Source: Clostridia bacterium (lineage in GTDB: Bacteria; Bacillota; Clostridia; UMGS1883). Taken from it: DNA of 64,000 bases. Below, piece after piece: positions 58,265-64,000 of the stretch. Made by a program: the position numbers and the translations under genes. Each line of letters opens with the position of its first letter. The first letter of the stretch is position 1. The notes under the pieces are model-generated. The model worked only from the letters and a program-made list of their open reading frames with translations, was not told the DNA's origin and made no database searches. The stretch lies in NCBI GenBank assembly GCA_045594665.1, contig JAZNYX010000062.1:98460-162459 (forward strand). Reading direction: 5' to 3'.

Positions 58265-59296
58265 TTACACAAGTGCATCGGCGATTGTATATATCAGCTT
58301 TTCGCTCTTTTCCCAGCCAAGGCAGGGGTCTGTAATTGATTTTCCGTAGATTCCCTCCTCAATTTTTTGACATCCGTCCTCAATATAGCTTTCAATCATA
58401 AGGCCTTTAACAAGCTTTTTAATATCGGATGAATGATTCATGCTGTAAAGAACATCCTTAGAGATTCTGATTTGCTCCATATATTTTTTTCCCGAATTAG
58501 CATGGTTTGCATCCACTATAACAGCAGGATTCTTAAGGTTTCTTTCTGCGTAAAGAGAGCAAAGCTCCATCAGATTTTCGTAATGATAATTGGGGTAGGA
58601 ATGACCCATATTGTCCACATATCCGCGAAGAATAGCATGTGTAAGGTCATTACCGGTACTCTTTACCTCCCAACCTCTGTAAAGGAAGGTGTGTCCGCTT
58701 TGCCCTGCGGTAATGGAATTCATCATAACGCTAAGGTCTCCGCCTGTGGGATTTTTCATACCCACGGGAACGTCAATGGCACTTGCGGTTAAGCGGTGCT
58801 GCTGATTCTCGGTGCTTCTTGCTCCCACGGCTACGTAGGAAAGAAGGTCTGAAAGGTATCTGTAATTTTCCGGATAAAGCATCTCATCGGCACAGGTAAA
58901 TCCCGTTTCCTTAATTGCACGCATATGAATGTCACGGATTGCGATAATGCCCTTTAACATATCAGCCTCTGCTCCGGGGTCGGGAGAATGAAGCATGCCC
59001 TTGTAACCGCTTCCCGTGGTACGGGGCTTATTGGTATAAATTCGGGGGATAATTATTATCTTATCCTTTACCTTTTCCTGCACGCCGACAAGCCTTGAAA
59101 TATAGTCAAGCACGCTGTCCTCATTATCGGCAGAGCAGGGCCCTATTATAAGCAGAAATTTATCGCTTTCGCCCCTTAAAACCTTTGAAATTTCATTATC
59201 TCTTTCTTCTTTTATTTTCTTCATGCTGTCTGTGAGAGGATACATCTCCTTTATTTCTACAGGCATGGGTAATTTTCTTTTAAATTCACAGTTCAT
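58265..59296 (-). CDS. aroG: 3-deoxy-7-phosphoheptulonate (DAHP) synthase, class I
   Basis: 343 aa; KPRTS, GARSTENQQHR-like class-I DAHPS motifs. Confidence 0.85.
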   Translation of the reverse strand: MNCEFKRKLPMPVEIKEMYPLTDSMKKIKEERDNEISKVLRGESDKFLLIIGPCSADNEDSVLDYISRLVGVQEKVKDKIIIIPRIYTNKPRTTGSGYKGMLHSPDPGAEADMLKGIIAIRDIHMRAIKETGFTCADEMLYPENYRYLSDLLSYVAVGARSTENQQHRLTASAIDVPVGMKNPTGGDLSVMMNSITAGQSGHTFLYRGWEVKSTGNDLTHAILRGYVDNMGHSYPNYHYENLMELCSLYAERNLKNPAVIVDANHANSGKKYMEQIRISKDVLYSMNHSSDIKKLVKGLMIESYIEDGCQKIEEGIYGKSITDPCLGWEKSEKLIYTIADALV

Positions 59297-59494
59297 ATTT
59301 TTTGCCTCCTTAAATATATTTTAAAGGGAAAAAATAATATTTTCAAGCTGTTTTTCCGTTTTCACACAATATATTTTTAACGAAAATCTTCAAAAGGAAA
59401 AATAAAATACATTTTTTTACATAAAATACTTGTTTTTGTCATTATTATACGTTATAATTGAATCAACAAATAAATTTTGAAAGGAGAAAAAACA

Positions 59495-60109
59495 ATGGAT
59501 TTCAATCAGATTATTAAAAAAATCGGTAAGAAGAATCTTCTCATCAGTGCTGTTGCGTTTCTTTCCCTTCTTTTCTACTGCTTCGCTTCATACATGAAGA
59601 CAAGCGTACAGGCAATGGGTCAGTCACAGAGCGAGGGTGCAGGTTTCTTATCAGACATTCTCTTTGAGGATGGTTTTATGCTCGTTTCACTGGTAGGTAT
59701 TCTTACAATTCTCGCAGCAATAGCTATTATTGTAACTGCTGTACGTGGAATGAAGAAGGAAAATCTTCTCTGCACATATGCAGGCGCAGGACTTGGCGTG
59801 CTTTCTATTATCTGCACAATGATTAAGGGAGCAAGCATGGAGGAAGAACTTGGTGCATTTTTGGGCGGCGGCAGCAGCATGTTCGGCGGTGTATCATATA
59901 ACGTTGGTACAGCTTGGGGACTTTGGTTCGCAGTAATCTGTCTTATCGGTTGTGCGGCAGTTGCTCACTTCGTTACGGAAGAGGCTTTGGAAAAAGCTAT
60001 AGCAAAGGCTCCCGTAGCCGAGGCTCCTGTAGAATTTGTTCCCGCAGCAGTGGAAGAAGTTGCAGTTGAAACTGTAGAAGAAGCTACAGAGGAACAGACA
60101 CAGGAATAA
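59495..60109 (+). CDS. hypothetical membrane protein with Ala/Glu-rich C-terminal tail
   Basis: AAAGGAG ribosome-binding site before the ATG at 59495; 3-4 transmembrane helices. Confidence 0.45.
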   Translation: MDFNQIIKKIGKKNLLISAVAFLSLLFYCFASYMKTSVQAMGQSQSEGAGFLSDILFEDGFMLVSLVGILTILAAIAIIVTAVRGMKKENLLCTYAGAGLGVLSIICTMIKGASMEEELGAFLGGGSSMFGGVSYNVGTAWGLWFAVICLIGCAAVAHFVTEEALEKAIAKAPVAEAPVEFVPAAVEEVAVETVEEATEEQTQE

Positions 60110-60147
60110 TTTTCTGTAAAGATTAAAAGAAGGCGTTTAAAGCCAAT

Positions 60148-60222
60148 CAAAAAAGACGAGGATTTCCTCGTCTTTTTTATGTTGTATACAAAAAACAAAA
60201 ACCTCGGATTTTCCGAGGTTTT
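60148..60222. terminator. pair of terminator hairpins (60148-60178 plus-facing; 60196-60222 serving rpsI on the minus strand)
   Basis: aaaagacgaggatttcctcgtctttttt and aaaacctcggattttccgaggttttt. Confidence 0.6.
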
Positions 60223-60245
60223 TGAAAACAATATAAATCGTTTGG

Positions 60246-60641
60246 TTATCTCTTTGAGAACTGAGGTGCACGACGAGCGCCTTTGAGACCGTATTTCTTT
60301 CTTTCCTTCATTCTGGGGTCACGAGTAAGGAAGCCAGCCTGCTTAAGTACAGATCTGTAAGCTTCTTCGTCAACCTTAAGAAGTGCACGTGCGATACCGT
60401 GACGGATAGCACCTGCCTGGCCTGTGAAACCACCGCCCTGAACATTGCAGATTACGTCAAACTTACCCTCTGTGTTTGTAGCAACGAGGGGCTGACGAAG
60501 AATCGCCTTAAGTGTCTCAAGACCGAAATAATCATCAATAGATCTCTTGTTGATTGTGATTTCGCCTTTACCGGGAACGAGGCGAACACGAGCAACAGAC
60601 TTCTTTCTTCTACCTGTTCCGAAATACTGTGTGATTGCCAT
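60246..60641 (-). CDS. rpsI: 30S ribosomal protein S9
   Basis: 131 aa; ...[15 protein letters not shown]-terminus. Confidence 0.95.
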   Translation of the reverse strand: MAITQYFGTGRRKKSVARVRLVPGKGEITINKRSIDDYFGLETLKAILRQPLVATNTEGKFDVICNVQGGGFTGQAGAIRHGIARALLKVDEEAYRSVLKQAGFLTRDPRMKERKKYGLKGARRAPQFSKR

Positions 60642-60656
60642 TTAATTCACCCTCCC

Positions 60657-61094
60657 TTATTTAATGTCGCGAGTCCAAACCTCGGGCATTTGTGCCGCGT
60701 GGTTGTGTTCGCTACCCTTGTAAACTCTGAGTCTTGTAAGAGCGCTTCTGCCGATTGTTGTAGCGGGAAGCATACCCTTGATTGCAAGATACATAGCTCT
60801 GTCGGAATTCTTTTCCATCATATCCTTTGCACTAACAGTCTTAAGACCGCCAATCCAACCTGTATGACGATAGTAATTCTTCTGAAGAAGCTTGTTTCCT
60901 GTAAATACTGCCTTGTCACAGTTGAGAACGATTACATGATCGCCGCAATCAACGTGGGGAGTGTAAGTAACTTTTTCCTTACCGCGAAGGATGCTTGCAG
61001 CAGCTGCAGCAACACGACCAACACTCTTACCGGTTGCATCGATAATGTACCATTTTCTCTGAACCTGACCTGCTTTTTCCATAGTGGTCTTCAT
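60657..61094 (-). CDS. rplM: 50S ribosomal protein L13
   Basis: 145 aa; [10 protein letters not shown]-terminal signature. Confidence 0.95.
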   Translation of the reverse strand: MKTTMEKAGQVQRKWYIIDATGKSVGRVAAAAASILRGKEKVTYTPHVDCGDHVIVLNCDKAVFTGNKLLQKNYYRHTGWIGGLKTVSAKDMMEKNSDRAMYLAIKGMLPATTIGRSALTRLRVYKGSEHNHAAQMPEVWTRDIK

Positions 61095-61298
61095 GTGGTT
61101 TTCCTCCTAAAATTTAGATTTTTCTTTTCAGCATGAGTTATTGTAATACATAAAAGCCGCTTTGTCAACACTTTTTTTAAAATAAATCAACTTATAAAGT
61201 AAATACTCGTTAAACCTCTTGTTTTCTCTTTAAATCTCTTGTTTTCTCACGTGGCAAAAACAAAAAATTTTTAAAATTGTGCTTTTTTAAGCAGAATA

Positions 61299-62072
61299 TT
61301 GAATTGGGAACAAATTTATAGTATAATGAAAAAAGAGATTTTCAGAGGTGACGATATGCAGAAATTACTAAGCTACATTCGCCGCGGCGTGGATGATTAC
61401 AAAATGATAAATGAAAATGACCATATTACCGTGGGCGTATCGGGTGGTAAGGACAGCCTGGCTCTCCTTGTAGGGCTGGCAAATCTGAGGCGGTTTTATC
61501 CCAATTCTTTTAAGCTTTCCGCCGTAACCCTTGATATGGGCTTTGGGATGGATTTTACGCCTGTGGCACAGCTTTGTGATGAGCTTGAGGTGGAATATGT
61601 ACTGAAAAAGACCGACATTGCCCAAATTCTCTTCGATATAAGGAAAGAAACAAATCCCTGCTCCCTTTGTGCGAAAATGAGGAGGGGCGCACTTCACGAT
61701 GCGGCGTTGGAGCTTGGCAGTCATAAGGTGGCATTAGGTCATCATAATGACGATGCCTTAGATACCTTTATGCTTTCATTGGTGTATGAGGGGAGAGTAA
61801 ACTGCTTTTCCCCCGTGACATACCTTGACAGAAAGGATATTACCCTTATCCGCCCGATGATATATGCTCCCGAAAATTATGTAATCGGTTTTGCGAAAAG
61901 GTATGAGCTTCCCATTGTGAAAAACCGCTGCCCCGAGGATAAGCGGACAAAGAGGGAATATGCAAAAAACCTTATAAAGCAGCTTGAACGAGAAAACCCC
62001 GGATTCAAGACACGCCTTTTTACGGCGATTGAGGGAAGCCATGCGGGAAATTTCGGTGTTTTCCCTGAATAA
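61299..62072 (+). CDS. ttcA: PP-loop ATPase, TtcA-like tRNA 2-thiocytidine biosynthesis protein
   Basis: SGGKDS PP-loop, CxxC pairs. TTGAAT-17-TATAAT promoter at 61291-61319. The start could also be MQKLLSY at 61356. Confidence 0.7.
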   Translation: MNWEQIYSIMKKEIFRGDDMQKLLSYIRRGVDDYKMINENDHITVGVSGGKDSLALLVGLANLRRFYPNSFKLSAVTLDMGFGMDFTPVAQLCDELEVEYVLKKTDIAQILFDIRKETNPCSLCAKMRRGALHDAALELGSHKVALGHHNDDALDTFMLSLVYEGRVNCFSPVTYLDRKDITLIRPMIYAPENYVIGFAKRYELPIVKNRCPEDKRTKREYAKNLIKQLERENPGFKTRLFTAIEGSHAGNFGVFPE

Positions 62073-62128
62073 ATATGAACCTTTTGTGTACAGGTATTGA
62101 CAAATAAAACCAATAATGATAAACTATA

Positions 62129-62155
62129 TTAGCACTCCAAGTTGAAGAGTGCTAA
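62129..62155 (+). promoter_or_regulatory. CIRCE (HrcA operator) TTAGCACTC-N9-GAGTGCTAA upstream of htpG
   Basis: Perfect inverted repeat with 9-nt spacer, directly after a TTGACA-17-TAAACT promoter-like sequence. Confidence 0.85.
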
Positions 62156-62185
62156 TATTTGTTTTTCAGAAAGGAAGTTTTTATC

Positions 62186-64000
62186 ATGGCAAAAAAGCAG
62201 TTTAAAGCAGAATCAAAAAAGCTTTTGGATATGATGATTAACTCAATTTATACGCATAAGGAGATTTTTCTTCGTGAAATTATATCAAACTCCTCCGATG
62301 CACTGGACAAGCTTTGCTATAAGTCCCTTACAGAGGACGGCGTGGGAGTAAGCCGCGAGGATCTTTACATAAAGGTAACAATTGACAAGGAAAACAGAAT
62401 CGTAAAAGTAAGCGACAACGGTATCGGGATGACCGAGGAAGAGCTTGAAAAGAACCTTGGCACAATCGCAAGAAGTGGCTCGCTTAACTTCAAAAACGAT
62501 ATGGAGAAAAAAGAAGAAATCGATATCATCGGTCAGTTTGGCGTAGGCTTTTACAGTGCTTTCATGGTTGCGGACAAGGTAAGTGTTATCACAAAGGCAT
62601 TTGGCTCGGACAAGGCGTACTGCTGGGAGTCAAACGGAGCAGACGGGTATACAATTACCGAAACAGGCAAAGAAGGACACGGTACCGATATATATATGAA
62701 GCTTAAAGAGGATGGGGAAGATGAACGCTACAGCGACTACCTTGAAATCTATATGCTTCGCTCTCTTATCAAGAAGTATTCCGATTATATCCGCTATCCT
62801 ATTAAGATGGATATTGAAAAGTCCAGAAAAATTGAAAAGCCCGACTCAGAAAAGCCCGAATACGAAAAGTATATTGAGGAGGAAACCATTAACAGCATGG
62901 TTCCCCTGTGGCAGAGAGGTAAGGACGAGGTTACAGAGGAAGACCTTAACAACTTCTACAAGGAAAAGTATTTTGATACAAAGGACCCTGCCCTTACAAT
63001 CCGTGCAGATGTCGAGGGTGCATTTTCCTACAAGGCACTTTTGTTCATTCCCGAAAACACCCCTATGGGCTATTACACAAAGGAATATCAAAAGGGGCTT
63101 GAGCTTTATTCATCGGGCGTTATGATAATGGATAGCTGTGAGGACCTTATCCCCGAACATTTCAGATTCGTAAAGGGTGTTGTTGATTCACAGGATTTGT
63201 CCCTTAACATTTCCCGTGAAATGCTTCAGCACAACCGCCAGCTTACTGCTATTAAGAATAATATCGAAAAGAAGGTTAAGCAGGAACTTAAAAAGCTCCT
63301 TAATAACGACCCCGAAAGATACGAAAGATTCTGGCAGAGCTTCGGTTTGCAGCTCAAGTACGGCATTGTGGCAGATTATGGCGCACATCGCGAGCTGCTC
63401 AAGGATTTGATTCTCTATTATTCTTCCAATGAAAAGAAACTTGTAACTCTTCAGCGTTATATTGAAACAATGCCCGAGGGTCAGCAGTATATTTATTATG
63501 CTTGCGGAGAATCTGTTTCAAAGATAGATAATCTTCCCCAGACAGAGCCTCTTAAGGATAAGGGATATTCAATCCTTTATATGACTGATGAGGTAGACGA
63601 ATTTGTTATTAATATGCTGGGAGAAATAGACGGCAAGAAATTCAAGAGCATTAACGACAAGGATTTGGGAATTGAAACAGAGGAAGAAAAGAGCGATATA
63701 GAGGCAAAGCAGGAGGAAAATCAGGTAATGCTTGATTATCTTCGTGACTGCCTTGACGGAAAGGTAGTTGCGGTAAGGCTTTCCAACAAGCTTAAATCCC
63801 ATCCCGTGTGCCTGACAACGGACGGTGAGGTTTCTCTTGAAATGGAGAAATATTTTGCCACAATCCCGGGCGATCACCCCGATATAAAGGCACAGAGAGT
63901 TCTGGAAATAAATCCCACACACAAAGCGTTTTATATGCTTTTGGATACATGGCAGCTTGACAAGGACAGATGTGCAAAGCTTGGTAAGCTTCTTTATAAC
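62186..64000 (+). CDS. htpG: molecular chaperone HtpG (Hsp90), 3'-truncated by window end
   Basis: Manual translation gives MAKKQFKAESKKLLDMMINSIYTHKEIFLREIISNSSDALDK... (GHKL ATPase). No stop within the window, so it is absent from the ORF track. Confidence 0.9.
   Translation, partial: MAKKQFKAESKKLLDMMINSIYTHKEIFLREIISNSSDALDKLCYKSLTEDGVGVSREDLYIKVTIDKENRIVKVSDNGIGMTEEELEKNLGTIARSGSLNFKNDMEKKEEIDIIGQFGVGFYSAFMVADKVSVITKAFGSDKAYCWESNGADGYTITETGKEGHGTDIYMKLKEDGEDERYSDYLEIYMLRSLIKKYSDYIRYPIKMDIEKSRKIEKPDSEKPEYEKYIEEETINSMVPLWQRGKDEVTEEDLNNFYKEKYFDTKDPALTIRADVEGAFSYKALLFIPENTPMGYYTKEYQKGLELYSSGVMIMDSCEDLIPEHFRFVKGVVDSQDLSLNISREMLQHNRQLTAIKNNIEKKVKQELKKLLNNDPERYERFWQSFGLQLKYGIVADYGAHRELLKDLILYYSSNEKKLVTLQRYIETMPEGQQYIYYACGESVSKIDNLPQTEPLKDKGYSILYMTDEVDEFVINMLGEIDGKKFKSINDKDLGIETEEEKSDIEAKQEENQVMLDYLRDCLDGKVVAVRLSNKLKSHPVCLTTDGEVSLEMEKYFATIPGDHPDIKAQRVLEINPTHKAFYMLLDTWQLDKDRCAKLGKLLYN

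Noticed and set aside
1-64000. CRISPR arrays, rRNA operons, tRNA genes, intact IS/transposase or integrase genes
   Set aside because: I found no regularly spaced direct repeats with unique spacers, no 16S/23S/5S signatures, no cloverleaf candidates, and no transposase, integrase or recombinase ORFs. The repeat families described have no associated coding capacity.

Overview
This window is the replication-origin region of a low-GC Gram-positive chromosome, most likely a spore-forming Clostridia genome (Oscillospiraceae/Ruminococcaceae-like). Orientation: genes from ~37 kb to rpmH at 48.1 kb are on the minus strand, genes from dnaA at 48.45 kb onward are on the plus strand, and the AT-rich oriC sits at ~48.2-48.45 kb.

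Coding content:
- Origin-distal side (minus strand): rpmH, rnpA, yidD, yidC, jag, mnmE, mnmG, rsmG, a noc/parB-like gene, soj/parA, spo0J/parB, serS.
- Origin-proximal plus-strand block: dnaA, dnaN, yaaA, recF, remB-like DUF370, gyrB, gyrA. The ends of the window carry rpsI, rplM, aroG, ttcA and htpG; three perfect parS sites lie at 36.6 and 40.2 kb.
- A class III stress operon, ctsR-mcsA-mcsB-clpC, with its CtsR operator and promoter.
- Lysine/threonine genes lysC-hom with an upstream ACT-domain gene.
- proB-proA-proC.
- An amino-acid ABC transporter (binding protein, permease, ATPase).
- pfkA, a partial dgt, rlmB, comEC, rsmI, trmN6, a ferredoxin, dusB, apgM, a YtvI-like AI-2E transporter, and a ypeB-like gene.

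Observations beyond ordinary annotation:
1. A five-copy family of ~100-nt structured intergenic elements. Three stems covary between copies and each copy is followed by its own terminator-like hairpin. I could not assign it to any RNA family I know.
2. A ~180-bp hairpin-rich inverted-repeat pair (~92% identical) sitting symmetrically either side of the origin, one copy between mnmE and mnmG and the other between gyrB and gyrA.
3. An AT-rich (~30% GC) island at 32.1-34.7 kb that looks like a defence module. It encodes an HTH-fused Dam-like methyltransferase, a HARE-HTH-plus-nuclease protein, a DpnD/PcfM-like small protein, and a permuted small methyltransferase with an unusual 'HPPY' catalytic motif. 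Immediately next to it is the uncharacterised radical-SAM/DUF4130 'DNA modification/repair' gene pair.
4. clpC is bracketed by two mutually inverted long hairpins that share the same stem sequences.
5. A second family of long covarying palindromic elements (two copies, one carrying a 190-nt insertion), plus a neighbouring ~600-bp highly structured non-coding region.
6. The oriC repeat arrays use a non-canonical 'TTATTAACA' motif where DnaA boxes would be expected.
7. A perfect HrcA CIRCE element sits upstream of htpG.

No rRNA or tRNA genes and no CRISPR array were seen.
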